NCBI GenBank assembly: GCA_000182565.2
Contig: KQ257453.1
Source of the DNA: Spizellomyces punctatus DAOM BR117
Lineage: Eukaryota
DNA length: 64,000 nucleotides
Reading direction: 5' to 3' (one strand)
Of the stretch, positions 1 to 13,833 are shown piece by piece. The translations under genes and the position numbers were made by a program. Numbering within the stretch: position 1 is the first letter of the stretch; each line of letters starts with the position of its first letter. The notes under the pieces were generated by a model. That model had not been told where the DNA came from and searched no databases. It saw nothing but the letters and a program-made list of their open reading frames with translations.

Positions 1-890
1 GCCGATGTGGAGAGTATAAAGGTGTGTATGCAAGGACCTCTAATAACCCCGGCTTCAAGGACTAGACTAATTGCATAGTACAAGCACATCAACATGGACA
101 AGATCGTGCACAACGCATTTGCTGCCTGCCTATCCAAATCCTCTCTGCCGCACCTCCCCAACCTTTTATCCACATGGGACTCCGCGAAAGACTGGACCCA
201 AACGGATCAGAATACTCCATCCGTTACTCGAGTTGAGCAGCGACTATCTTCCTCTGAACCAATTCGGGATGCGGCGGAAGGAGCTATCGAAGATTTGCAT
301 TGCCTATTAACCGGAGTACGATCAAAGACACGGAAGCGGAAGAAGAATCCTCCAACGCAGAAACTCTCCACTGTGTCCAAAGTCTCTGTGCAAACTGACG
401 ATGACGATGACGAGGCCGACTCGGACGAGATGTCACGGCCTGTAACGTCTGCCTTCATCGCTTCTCTGGGTGATAGCGACTCAGAGTTGGATCTTAGTGT
501 GTCGGAAGTTGAGGAAAGCGACTACGACCAGCCAGCCTCTAAGAAAGTCAAAAAGAATCGACAGGGACAAAGAGCTCGGCGAGCGTACGTTTTGATATCC
601 TGGTATTCCGTCTTTAGCTCATCGACTCACCGCAGCGTGTTATTTTGAACAGCCAAGCAGAAAAGCTTTATGGCCAAAGGGCAAAGCACCTCCAAAACGC
701 CTCTCATCCACCACCAAACTCCAAACGCGCCCCTTCATCAACAACAACACAACCTGTCAAAGAAGTCCCAAAAGAGACGCTCCACCCATCATGGGAAGCC
801 AAACGCAAGGCAAAGGAAGCGCAGAGCATGATTTTGCAGGCTGGCAAACCAAAGAAGATTGTGTTTGGGTCTGAATCCGATGAGGATTAG
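1..890 (+). CDS. BUD22: BUD22/SRFBP1-family ribosome biogenesis protein, 3' part (5' end outside window)
   Basis: KNRQGQRARRA motif, intron at about 585-651, then C-terminal LHPSWEAKRKAKE and KPKKIVF; acidic low-complexity middle. Confidence 0.8.
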
Positions 891-1092
891 ACCATCGCCT
901 GTATGTTTTTTTGGACAATTATTGTACATAGAATTTCATTGAGGGATGGCGACTACGATTCAAAGCACCATATTGAAAATCATTAAACACTATGATATAC
1001 ACGCGAATGTGAAAAATACTCCAATTGGATAAGACCCAAACGCTTGACTGCGTCTCCCGTTCTGATCCTCCTATACTCCTTTCTTATTCTTC

Positions 1093-2080
1093 TCATGAGG
1101 TTGCTCCCGCGGATTCTCCTGTTATGGATTTGCCTGTTAGTGTAATTCCGCCTTTGCCAACTACATGTGCAAGAGGAAGTTAGTTCAAAATATGGTCCAC
1201 GCAATGAGCTCTCCATGCTCCAGCATCCTAACCCCTCCAAACTCCGAACAACTGCTTGACACTCACTATCAATAATCCCCTTGGTTTTGAGCACGTAGAG
1301 TACAATCGCCACAACCACTAGCACAACAATCAACAAAATAAACACGATGAAGATCTTATCGGTCGCCATTCGTCTCAAAAACACACGCAATTGCTTTTCG
1401 GCTCGTTTGAGATTACTTTCCACCGTCGCAAGATCTTCCTGAATCTTGGACATCTGATTTCCCTGTTTCAAAACTTCATCTTTAACAGCCAATCCCATCT
1501 CCAACGTTTCCTCCACAATACGTTTCGTCCTTGCCGTCGACTGCTGGGTCTGCTCCTGGATTTGAATTGCGGTTTGAGTGATTTCTTTATTCGACATATC
1601 GTCGATAGTTTTTTTTTGCTTCAGATCATCGGTTTGGGCGGTTGTTTCGGCCCATTGGACATCTTGCGTTAGTTGGGCGATTTTCTGCTCGTAGGCTTTG
1701 GCTTTTTGATCCCAGGTGGTTGTTGGAGGGGGAAGTTCGCGGATTTCGACGAGGAGGGTTCTGTGTAGTTTTTTGGCGCGGTTTAGCCGGTTTTTGAGGT
1801 AGCTACATTTCTGGTTTAGGATGCCGAGCGGGTGTGGTAAGGAAAGAGTGGAGGCGGTCGCCCAGTGAATACCAACCTCATAGAACTGATATTGTAATTC
1901 AGAAACAAACCTCCATACGCTCCTGCCCTTTCAGTCTTGGTAGTTCCTTCCCCAACACATTCTCAATCTGCTCAAGCACCTCTTGCATTTCCTCATCGTA
2001 GTCGTCCAACTCTATTGTTTACTCAGTTTTGTTACATCTCGGAGTATTAAGTGCTACTTAAGCTCTGGCTTACCTGACAT
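1093..2080 (-). CDS. Qb-SNARE, NPSN ('novel plant SNARE')-like
   Basis: Spliced model MS|ELDDYDEEMQEVLEQIE...|KCSYLKNRLNRAKK...; SNARE coil ending RVFLRRMATDK followed by TM helix IFIVFILLIVVLVVVAIVLYVL; last intron about 1266-1161 with ctaac branch; stop TGA at 1093. Confidence 0.75.
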
Positions 2081-2420
2081 GACGGGCACTCAAAACTCGT
2101 TGGTCAGTATGGGTTGTAAGGAGGACGCTAATTGCCCATGCAAACGCTGAATCACAGCTGGAATTAAACAATTTGTGAGAGCGGGGTGATTACGGCATTG
2201 ATTACGTAGATTGCCATCGCGACCTGTACTGTCCAGGCAGCCGTTCTCCTCAAGTAAAAAGCACCTTTTGCGAAACTGTACCAAATATCTTCGTTTTACC
2301 TAACAAGAGCGGGCGTCTATGCTGCTTCCCAAAGAAAGCACAAAACCAGAGTGTCGATAAACTACCGAGTCTATCCTACTGAGCGTGACACTGCCTACAA
2401 CTACCATCAAATAAAGATAT

Positions 2421-3835
2421 CTAACGGCACATTTTATCATAAATGTCGGCAAACTCCATGTCCTTGTCCGCTCGTGGGAGGTGGGCCCAAAGAAGAGCCC
2501 GTGTTCCTATGATCGGATAAGGTTGTGAGCCCCGCACTAACCAACACTTTATAAGGCATTCTTGATTCAAGCGACAAATACCTGCAGAATCCAACCGATC
2601 AGCGTAGGCGACCTCAGATATGTGAAACATCCAGAAATGCCCGTTGTTGCAAGCTTCCATGCAGGGTTCGCAAGGCTGCGTGACATGGTATCCGATAACG
2701 TTTCCACTATGCAGGATAATCAAGGTTTGTCGTCGAAACTGAATCTCATCAGATCGCAACATACCAGCCCAAACATGCCACATCTCGAATACGACAGAAA
2801 CAGTTTCGCGTCTGATAGTCATCATTCACTAATTGAACACCTAAGAATTGAAGAGAATGTGAATTCTACCGCATATCGCTCCAGATCGTCATCCCACAGC
2901 GCACACTCACCATTAGGTGGTACATCCGTCGAAAATAACTCAATCTTAACCACAAGTCCAGAAAATTCAATGAGCATCCATCACTGATGCCAAAGAATAA
3001 ACCATTCGCGTAAATCTCACATTCATATCAGCTAACAAAATAGCCTTCATTCCTCGTCTGCACACAACTGCCGTACAATGCCTGCAAGTTAATTCGCAAA
3101 CAACTTTGCTTCTAAATTGAGGTCGTATATTATCATTCAAAGATCCCTCGGAAGATTGTCGTGACCACGTTCCTCGTGTGGTCGTACTGGTGTTGGTCAT
3201 GCCGTCATTGGCACCCATAGAAGACGTAAAGTTCCCTCGGCGCAAAGCCATACGAGACGCCGGAATATGAAACATGTTGCTAGAAGAAGTTGATTGAGAC
3301 CGGGAGGTTGTAGTGGTATAGTTTTGAGATGACTGTTGCTGTCCGACCCGCGACTGGTGTTGAACATGATGCCGTGCGCTTGATGCGGACACCGGAGGAC
3401 CAGAGGATGAGCTGGTTGGAGCCGGAACTTGACCAGGACTCATCCCCGCCGTCGCTACGTAAACATATCCGCTGTAGCTGGTGTGCGCTGGATAGAACGC
3501 TGGGTATGGGTGAGATGGGGTGGCAGCAGTGAGTGTTTGGTAGGGGTAGCGGCCAGGCATATTATTGTGACGTGGGATCACAGATGAAACAAGGGATGGC
3601 GAACTGTCATCGTCTTCGGCCTCAATAACACCTGCGGGTTGATGGGCTGTGTGAAGAGTGCATACGATGAGAATGGATGCAACGGATGTTTCCTGTCATG
3701 CAAGGGTATGACATTGTCTGTGGATGGTCCATTGTGTAAACTGGCCCACAGACTTTGCCACGTCGGTTACCGGCACGTACCAGCTCTAGTACCAAACTCT
3801 CTCTCCATCAAGTGACGATGACTAGGAACGGACAT
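2421..3835 (-). CDS. FAM72-family protein with long low-complexity N-terminus
   Basis: Spliced exons give [75 protein letters not shown]; start uncertain (3835 or 3732, both splice in frame). Confidence 0.85.
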
Positions 3836-4300
3836 AGGAAGACCAGCTACAAGTGAACAGATACAGATACCACACTATCCAGCGCTGTGTTACGAAGGTC
3901 CACCGTACCAATTCTCAAACTGGCACACACAGTGGTATTTTCAGCCGCCGCCTTGACTAACTGAACCTTGAGGGTCGTTGACGACTTTTCAAAAAGGCTT
4001 CATAGAAGGCATTATATCCTTTCTCTGATGTTTGGGTCGCCCCTAACTATCTGTATATCCATACATTGTTCTATCCTTTATTTTTAGAAAAGATCGCGTC
4101 CATCTAGGATGCCGTCATCCACACCTGTCTTGTATTCCCCCAGAACGTAAAGGTAATCCTGCCCGTCCAATTAGCGCAATTAAAGAGGCCCCAACACCTG
4201 CGACAAGGGAGAATGGGACAAGCTCCAAAGTTTGCTTACATAACCAAGCCGGATTCGCGTCGGAGGTCGACGAGTCCCCTGACCAGACGATCTAATCCAC

Positions 4301-6213
4301 TTAGATTATTCCTCTTTCAACAAAACCATCAATTTCCTCCTCCGTATACTCTAGCATATTCGACAGAACTTCAAATGTATGTTGTCCCAAAATAGGCGGT
4401 GGAAGCCTGATGCTGGGTTTCGTATGAGAATACTTGACAGGAATACCAGTAAGCTTGATCCGACCAGCGCGCGGATGATCAACTTCTTGGATCATTTCTC
4501 TATGTATAACTTGCGGATGTTCAAAGGTTTGTTGGATGTTATTGACTGGCGCGAAAGGGAAGCCAAGGGATTTGAATTCCCTCAACCAATGTGACGTCGG
4601 ATGCTGGCGAAAGATATCGCTGAGGAGATCGATCTGAACATCGGACGGGGAAATATTTTAACTGACAAACAGGAAGGACTTGCAGCTGGACAACCTTGTG
4701 TACGTGGGACATACCAACTCCTTCCGATTCTCAACACGCGCAGCGTTCGTTTTGAACTTTTCATTTTCTACAAGGTCCAATCGCTCTATCTTGGTGCATA
4801 GTTTACGGAATTGTCCATCATTACCAGCACCGACAACAATGAAACTGTCCTTTGTTGGGAATGCCTGCAGATTGCGGTGTTAATACTGCCGCGTGCCTGC
4901 GCAACAACAGCACACACCTGGTAAGGCACAATGGCGGCGTGCTGTGTCCCCCATCGTTTAGCCTACGAGCCAAAGATCATTCAACATTATTCATCATAGT
5001 GTCAAGTTTGTTGTAAACCCAGATATCTCACCTCTTGGCCTCCAATCAAATAGCTATGTGCAATATTCGCGAGCGACGCTACTTGACATTCCTATAACAT
5101 TTCATGAGTCTTCCAATACAAATGGAAACACTCTCAATTTGGGTCCGCTTACAAGCAGCGAGATATCCAATTTCTGTCCGAGCCCGGTGCGTGCACGTGC
5201 GAGAAGTGCGGCTAAAACGGCACCATGTGTGTACAGTCCCGTCGTCATATCGGTAATGGCAACTCCTACCTTCACCGGCGGACCATCGGGCTCGCCAGTG
5301 ATGTACATGAGTCCAGCTTCCGCTCTGCGTGACAACAGCATAGTCAACATCCATCCAACCCTGCTGCCTCGCTGACACGTACTCTGTGATGACATCGTAT
5401 CCAGGAGCCTTTGCATATGGGCCATCAGGTCCATATCCAGTTATGGAGGCGTATATCAATCTGGGATTGACCTTTCGCAGGTCCTCATATCCCAGACCGA
5501 TTTCATCGAGTTTACCGGGCACGAAATTCTCCACCATCACATCAGATTTGGCTGCCAGCCTCTTCAATATGTCCAGTCCCTCAGGTTTCTTGAAGTTTAC
5601 TGTGATAGATTTTTTATTTCGGTTGACCCCCAGAAAGTAGGCGCTTTCCCCAGGTTGATTATCGTTCGAATCTTTGTTCGGGGCAAAGGGTGGGCCCTGA
5701 TAGCAGTATGAATGTTAATGTCTTACAGCAGAAGGAGGCCAGATGTACGGACCCACGCTCGCGTATCATCTGTTATCATCAATAAACAGTCATTAAGTGA
5801 GAGCTCCTGTCGTAATAAGGTCGATATGCCTACCTCCAGACTTGGGATTCTCGACTTTGATAATCTCAGCCCTTTGTTTAACAGTAATTTGAGTATTTTC
5901 CATATTCCTAGGACGGCAATTGAAATCCTATACCCATAGTCCCCAAGAATCATGGCTGCAAAACCCGGATGTCAGTAAGAGATCCCAGTAAGCTACTTGC
6001 AGCCGCTCCGGACTTACTACAATACGGTCCAGCCAACACTCGAGTCAAGTCCAATACTCTCACCCCTTCCAAAGGCAAAGCATTGGCGGCTGCTGAGGAC
6101 GTCGAGCTGTGTTGGCGACGAGCGGACGAACATAACACAGTGGGACGAAATGCGACGAGATGATGGCAAAGCCCCCTCACTGGCGGCATAAGTGGAAGGT
6201 TTATGAAGTGCAT
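4301..6213 (-). CDS. CoA-transferase family III (CaiB/BaiF, SUGCT-like), probably mitochondrial
   Basis: LPLEGVRVLDLTRVLAGPYC, SDVMVENFVPGKL, YASITGYG, PPVKVGVAITD, PPPILGQHT; presequence-like N-terminus; start 6213 or 6189. Confidence 0.92.
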
Positions 6214-6414
6214 GGTCAACGCTGCGACGTGCCGTACAGCGACAGATGGGACGAATGAACTGTAAAGCAAGAAGTCGGGAAAACACAACCAGTGCAGATG
6301 TATTACAAGCGTAATACTCATTTATCCCAGTTTGGGTTAATTGCGACTTAATCTACCAGCACCAGCTTTTCCTCGTTTCTGCCGTTGTCAAACTCTGGAC
6401 CCAACAATCAGGAA

Positions 6415-7927
6415 ATGGCCCAACGAAAAAAGGCGGAGAGGAAGACTGGTTCCATTGGGGCTCGCTTACTGCGATGGGGAACAATTATTGTAACATCTTA
6501 CTTGGTTCTCCTACTGGCGCTGGTTTCATACCCGGAGGTGTTCCAACCCCATCTCATATACTTGAATTGGATCCGATATCCGTCGGTTAATTGGTCAGGG
6601 GACGCCCAAGAGTTTGGTTTTCGAGGTATGTGCTGAGGCTCCGGAACTAGTATACAGCGCGAGTGTTAAGTTTCTTTCGTAGCTGGTACTGTGCGAAGCA
6701 TCAAGTTCTCGACACCTGACAATGTCACTTTGGGTATGGTTAAAAGAGACGTCAGTGAATAGAGTTGAATAGACTTGACTTTCTAAGCCTGGGTCTACTA
6801 TCGCTTTAGGAGCATGGCACATTCTCCCTCGCACATCAGCACCTTCCGTTCTATCGCTTACTAAAGGTGGCGCATCACCAGTCGGTAAAGAGTCCGTAGA
6901 AGACCGTGATGTCAGATTTACCAAGGCACTCCAATCTGCCGGACGAGTGTTCCTGTATTTTCACGGAAATGCAGGCAATCGAGCAACTGGCCATCGGACT
7001 GATTTCTATAAGGTAACGATCAATACCAATATGACTTTTGCAATAGGATATCTGATGCCTTCCGCTTCAGATTATCCAAGACCTGGGGGACAACACGCAT
7101 ATCATCGCCGTGGACTGTCGTGGATTTGGAGACTCCGATGGATATTTTGCCTCGGAATATGGCATTCAGATTGATGCTGTCGCATCGTTCGATTGGATCG
7201 TGGCACAAGGCGTGAGCCCATCGAAAATCGTTGTCGTTGGCCACAGCTTGGGGACGGGTATTGCCACGTACTTGGCTCACAACATAACTGTCTCGCGTGG
7301 TATTCACGGAGGAGGAGGACTTTTGCTACTTGCTGGATATGCATCAATCCCGGATGCGGCGCTTGGGTATGTCTGCTTCAGACGCGACCACTACATGAGG
7401 CAAGAGTTAATAGTTACTGAACTAGATATCCCATGGTACCGCTGCTGTGGCCCTTCAAGCATCACCCATCTCTCGCAACCAAAGCTAAGAGTTTCGTAGT
7501 CGAGCGGTGGGAGTCCTCGCGCAATATTCGTGATACCCACGGATGGCCAGTGCTTCTTGTGCATGGGAGCCGTGATTACGAAATACTGCCATGGCAAGCC
7601 AGGAATCTCTTTTTGCAGGCCGTTTCGGCGCGGATAGGAACCGAGGCTGTCGAGCCACCAGAAGACGCGGTAACCGCCCTGGCACCTGACCATGAAGAGG
7701 GTAGTCATTTGGAATATGAAGGATACGACATTCGAACGTTGCCTGGTCGGGAGGCGTGGCTGTGGACTCTTCGCCCTAATAAGGACGCCGATGCCGTTGT
7801 CCGTGGCCCGAAAGATATTGGAAACGTTTGGTACCTAGAGGTGAAGCATGGGGGGCACAACAGCTTGTCTAAATTCCATGTGGTACCTGACACCATTGAA
7901 GCGTGGGCGACCATAAACGGGTTGTAG
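6415..7927 (+). CDS. ABHD12-like alpha/beta hydrolase with N-terminal TM anchor
   Basis: YFHGNAGNR, DCRGFGDS, nucleophile GHSLG, VHGSRDYEI, GGHN. Confidence 0.88.
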
Positions 7928-8128
7928 GCTAGGAGGTAGCAAGAGGTTTGCTACTCATTATATTCATCCTCGTGTCGTATGTAAAGTAACCATTTACGTC
8001 CTCATAGCATGTAGGGCAAACTGACAACTGGTAATCATATAAAGTAGATGTTGTACAATATTACAATAACGTGACTGGGCGCCTGGCCGTGGCGGACTAC
8101 ATAAAATATAAAGCGCATTAATGTCCAA

Positions 8129-9029
8129 TTACATACTCAACCAAGAACACAGTGAAACAATCGAAACAGATGTTGCCACCATCCTGAGTATAATCATTTT
8201 GTCTAACTGTGATGACCTCCAACCTGAAGATGGAAATGCTAGTGCAATATTCGTCGGTGTCGCGGGGGAAAGCGTGGACGTTGGAAAAACGCCCGTCTCC
8301 GTTGCTGTTGCAACCATTTGTTGCTTACTCACATTCGTCGGGTTCAGTGGGATTGGTCTCTGACGGAGACGCCCTTCTTGAGGACATATCACATCATTGA
8401 CGCAGACAATGAAGGGTGGAGATTCCGCGTTACTGGCACCTGGGACACCATTCACGAGTTCTGTCCACCTCAAATCGATCTTGCAGGTAATAGTGGGGTC
8501 AGTTCCACCTGGGTGCCGGGGTGGAAGTGTGGATGCGCCACCGAACGGAATGGACAGAGATCCACTTCTAGTACTTCCGCTCAATGATTGTTTTGAGGAT
8601 GCTGCCATCTGCAGGGTGAAATTTCGGCGATTTATTATTTGCCAAGCTTAGCCAGCAACTCCCAGCGACATACCTGTTCAGTGGGCAACGCTTTCAACGG
8701 ACCCGACCCGAGGCCATCGCATACGCACTTCCACGATGCAGAGATGGTCGGTAATGAACCGTTCAAGGCTGGCACGTACGTATAGTCAAATTGAATACGC
8801 AGGTTAGCGATTCCAGAGGTTCCGGCCGTTGAGTTGACTATTGGTGAAGGGATATGTCCAATGGAAAATGCAACATCTCCTGCTCGCGCTACGTGATTGG
8901 CCGTATGAAAAGAACTTTCCATAGGAATATTGATCCAAACATGGAAGACTCACCAAGGTCGATGCACAGTTCAAAAAGAATGACTGCGACAAACCACGTC
9001 CGAAGTTGGAATACACGATGAGGTATCAT
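8129..9029 (-). CDS. Hypothetical secreted, probably GPI-anchored protein (about 256 aa)
   Basis: Exons 9029-8954, 8888-8674, 8608-8129 join in frame; signal-like MIPHRVFQLRTWFVAVILFELCIDLARA; S/T-rich stalk; hydrophobic C-terminus; alternative ATG at 9053. Confidence 0.6.
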
Positions 9030-9362
9030 GACGGATAACGACTTTGAATGCATGGCGAATGGCAACTGCAGTGCTCCGTCGACAGCATACAAGGATGCCA
9101 GACTGTCAACGAAATAGCCAAAGTAACCCCATTGCTATGAAGAACGCGAGAACGCGACGCGTCAGACAGTCCAAGGGCTTACGTTTGCTTCTTCCAGCCA
9201 CGTTTGTTACTGTTGACAAAACTCATACAATTAAATAACTTTTTAAAGACATGACGAGTGGTAGTTTCCCTACTATCAGATATTCTTGCTATTCGTCATG
9301 GCCTACATGATCATAATCTTATTAGATTGGGTATATCGACTAGTTCAACAAACTTGGCTGGC

Positions 9363-9373
9363 GATCACGTGAA
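9363..9373. promoter_or_regulatory. E-box GATCACGTGAA (candidate bHLH site)
   Basis: Exact 11-mer in a divergent promoter, about 59 bp before ATG 9432; identical copies at 24530 and 47827. Confidence 0.55.
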
Positions 9374-9431
9374 ATGGCTGGGCGTCAAAGACTGGGAGCA
9401 TTAGCCTTACCGCTGTCTTTCCGACAGAGCG

Positions 9432-12400
9432 ATGGGTTTGGATGGGCTACAGTTCCTAGCCCTCGGCCTGCTCTTGTATCCTCACCTTCCCCAGGTCCTG
9501 CCATTCCTAGCATTTATAGGTCTCCTTTCTGTAGCTGCGTTTGGAGTCGGCTACTTGTTATTTGGGGCAGCCCAACCACCGCAGCAACCCTGTAAAATAC
9601 CGTTCGTTCCTCCGGAAGCTGGTACAAGACTTTCGTATACACACCACACTTTAAGAACGGGTAATGGAGAGGAGGAATTGAGGGGTCAGGCCTCTTGGGA
9701 AGCTGGGTTGACGGTTGACCCAGGAAATCAGCTTCCAAGGACTTTCGAGGATAGCATAGCTCTCACCTTACGCGAAACAATTCGAGCCCAATTTACAAAA
9801 CCTTTGTCCAGCATATTTGAGAGACGACCATCTTCAAAAAACTTACAGGGGAGGGCGTTTAACCTTCAACGGACAGAGAGAGATAGTGCAACGGGGCAAG
9901 AGGAGTCGGCTGCTAGCGACCATTCTCACGAACTGAGTATATCTCAATCCATTGAGCAAAGCATAGTGGAAACTGTCATTGATCCAAACGTCCAACGTCT
10001 CTCCTCCACATTCGCAGCTTGGTATCAAAATCAGCGTCAGCTGCACATTGATAGCCGGATATATGCACAGACTTTGTCGATTGTCCATGAACACATCAGG
10101 CAATACAAAAAAGCCAGGCGGGACGTCCTGAGGGAACATGCCGTTGCCCGCTCGTCTAAAAGATTGAGTACATCCCTGAAAAGCCCACCAGTTTTAGGAG
10201 ATGACAGTCATCAAAGACATTTGGACGAGTTCATTGAGCAGGATGGGTGGGACGATGGTGCACAGCAGGACATAGGAGGAAATTCCTCCCTTCGGCATCA
10301 TACTGAAGAACTCAATTCACTTATTGTCGAGCGATTGAAAGCGTCGGGTGAACTTCATCCAGCGGCAAGCAAGGGCCCAAAAGAGGAAATGGCATGGCTT
10401 CGGTCCCTTGTACAGAAGCTATGGGAGGAGGTGGATTCCATGCAGTCATTGGGAAGACCGAAGGGGACAAATTGGGCCAAGTCGGAATCCAAGGGGGCTT
10501 TTCGGACTCCGTCTCGCCTCATGAAAATTTTATTGCGAGAGTGGGTTGTATGCAGAGTTCTGCAGCCTGCTCTCGACCTGGTATGTCATCCTGAATGGAT
10601 CAACCGCCAGATTTATCAGAAGGTAAGCCTTTCATCGCAGCTGTCAAGTAACAGGTCAGGCCGTAACGGATTTCCTCATATTCCGATGCAGGCAAGGCGT
10701 TCATTACTGGCTCATAAAGCAATCAAAAGCTGTCGCTCTACCTTGGAAAGCCATTTCTCTGATTTCCCGCCCGCTTTCATGCAACCTGCGATCAGTAAAC
10801 GAAGCAACCGCTTCTCGCTTTCTCAAAAGTGGCGTTACCTGGAAGCTTTGGGTCCATATGCCAAGAAAGCAAGATCCACGATTGACGCCCAAGCTGTTCG
10901 TTTTCAGATAACTGCTGAAATCCGGAGAATGGTGGAAGCGGGCAAGAATTCAACGGAATCATCCGAAAGCCTTAGACGGTATATAAAAGCTCTTAAAATC
11001 CTGCGCGAGAAGCTCGATAAACGGATCGCAATATTGACTGGAATGCATGGGGCGCGCGCTTCGGTAATGGACCTTGTTTCTGATATCTGACAAATATTTT
11101 GCAAGTTTCTGATGTCTTCTCAGGATAGTTCGAGAAAGAAGTCCGATCCTGCTATCGCTTCATCGACGGGCACTGGCGACGTGGCGGCACTGACGTTACG
11201 GATGTTACTCGATGAATATATGGAGCTTGACGAGGCAAATGCCGGACTGTGTGGGTTATGGTACTTCATTGATTACCTCGAAAAGCAACACGAAGGTGGG
11301 ATCGCCAAAGTCAGATTTTGGTTAGCCGCTGAAGGGTACAGGTGAGATAATATGGGTGTGGACGCCCAGTGCTTCCATTAACTTGAATAAATTCCAGGAA
11401 ACTTGTTGGAAGGCTATGCAATAATGGAACGGGTAATGAGGGCGAAATCGTTGGCGTCAATGAGAGGCTGCGTAAGGAAGCAACAAAGATCTATAACACT
11501 TTCTTAGCGCCTTCTGGAGGTGATGCACCGCTAGTGGACCTTGGAAACGACATAGTGACCGGAGCGATTAGAGAGTTTATCGCAACCGACAGCACATCGG
11601 ATGTGGACAGTGGAGATCACCGTTGTGTTCTGATTGCGCAAGAAGGGATTTTTAAAATTCTTGAACTTGACTTCAAGGAGTTCGTCCATTCTGAATCTTA
11701 CTTTCGCTGGCGAAGTGAAGTCGAAAAATCAAAACTAACTGATCTCGGACATGGAATCCCGTCCAATTCATTCGACCCTCACATGCCCTATCGATCAGGT
11801 CCACATGTCTGGGATTTTGCTGATGTCAGTGGTGATATCAAGAAAGGAACTGTTATTCTACTCTTAGATCGAGAGTTAGAGGCAGCCGCACATAGGTTGA
11901 ATGGATCACCTTCCCCTGAAGGGGAGCACCAAAGGGGCCGGTCTCCTAGCAAAGGGAATACGGGGAAGATGGAATCTCAGAGCGATGTTTCTGTTGATCT
12001 GACAATGACTCTATCCGACTCTGACGTTATGCCAGATGGAACGCATGCATCAACTGAGAAGCAAGAACCAGCAGACGAAGAGCCCGACATTCACGCTCCG
12101 GGTGAACTTCTATTCAATACCACAAAAGTACAGGAGCTGCAGGAGTCACTGGACAGCGTTTTGGCGCAGCTCAACTGTCTGAATCTACTGGCGGAACGAG
12201 CCTTGTCTGTTTCCTCTACATCTAACGAAATTGCTAGCGGGCGGGCATTTATACTGGACCAAACTAGGGAAATATTGCGCCAGGAAATTGGCGATCTGAC
12301 AAAAGCCAAAGCCAAGTTCGAGAGCAAAGAGCAAAAGGATGCCATTGTTCCCGGACAATGCATTGTCAAAATCGAGGCAGCTGTAGACGATGTTGTGGCT

Positions 12401-13833
12401 AAGAGCATGGAGGAACCAGGAAAAAGGGTGACGTTCTACCTCGTTCAGGTCAGCCGAGATTTGGAAAGTGGATGGACTGTCCGTCGACGATACAGGTGGG
12501 TCAACTCGAATATAGGCGATGTAAGAATCCTTTAGTTATGCACCTTAATCCGCAGTGACTTTGATGCGCTTCACCGCAAGCTCAGCAAAGTTTTTCCGGC
12601 TGTCAATGAATACGATCTGCCTGGAAAAGTCTTAGGTTTCCTAAAAGGACGACATGAACTCAAGCAGGCTCGAATGAAAAGCCTGGAGCGATATTTGCAG
12701 GTAATTTGGAGAATCATTGGAAAGACCAGCATGTTGCGGAGGACACTAATCCTTCGTCCTCGCCACAGCGATTAGTAGACAATCCAGAAATTGCGCGATC
12801 GGATGAACTGCGCGCGTTCCTCTCATCATCAAACGATAGTTTCCGACACACATTATCACCGGCTGCATTCGGCGGCAACAAGGAGGAAGGCTCAACTCTG
12901 CAACGCACATCACACAGGCTTGCAAAGTTTATTGCTCCAAGTAGTCGTACGGCATCGTCCTCCTTGCTTATCGCATCGAAAAACATTAGAACCTTTTCCC
13001 AGAGCACAGGGGACCTGCGGCTTCAGGACGACTCTTTTATGCAGTCTACCAAAGGCATAGAAAGAATCGGCCAGGAAGGTCGAAACCGCTCAGCGACTGA
13101 CGTCGGCAAAGACCTCGACTATGACCATGATGAGTCAGAGGACGATGAGCTCGATAAATCATGGGAGTATTCCACCGAGGAAGGGAGGAACGTAGGGCAG
13201 GGAACAAATGATATACCTGCGCATGTCAGTCTACTTGGCGAACCCCTTTGTTTTCTTCTTATGGAAATATACGAGTTCAGGGAACAGAATCCGTGGCTAC
13301 GTCGAAGTGCTGCTGCCATGTTGATCAGACAGAGCTTGGGGGGTAGAGATAGTCTCGATAGGTAAATGCTATTGTGCATTCACAGCCAGATGGACGCCAC
13401 TGACACCGGTGCTTAATGGTAGTCAGCTGTCTGCAATGCTGCGTAACACCAGCTCAGATGAAAGTATTATAGGATGGCTGAGTGCGTTTCGGAAACGGCT
13501 TCGATCGGCAGGAGAAAGCGGGCAGGCCCCAGTCTTCCAGGAATTGTTTGAAAAAGTTTCTCCCCAGGCAGAAGAAGATGCGGGGGCAACGAGAGCGGAG
13601 GCTAAGGAAAAACTGATATCAGCGTGGCCTGGTATGGAAGTCAGTCTTATGTCAATCACGTTCTGCGCTGATGATTACCCTGCTTAGCGGCCTTTACTCG
13701 TGTGTTGGGTGCAGAAGCATCAGTCCAGGGAACGAGCAGACTTTTTGATCTTCTGCAAAATGCCACTCTCAACAAGCATTTGGCGTATAGCTTGCTGGAC
13801 GGACTCATTACTACAATATTGGGCGATACTTAG
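9432..13833 (+). CDS. PXA-RGS-PX-Nexin_C sorting nexin (Mdm1/SNX13/14/25-like)
   Basis: Two N-terminal TM segments; PXA-like LLREWVVCRVLQPALDLVCHPEWINR; RGS WYFIDYLE...VRFWLAAEGYR; PX WTVRRRYSDFDALHRKL; Nexin_C LFDLLQNATLNKHLAYSLLD. Confidence 0.85.

Noticed and set aside
4014..4064. ATATCCTTT...ccctaac...AC on the + strand (U12-like)
   Set aside because: No + strand gene here and the branch match is weak; probably chance
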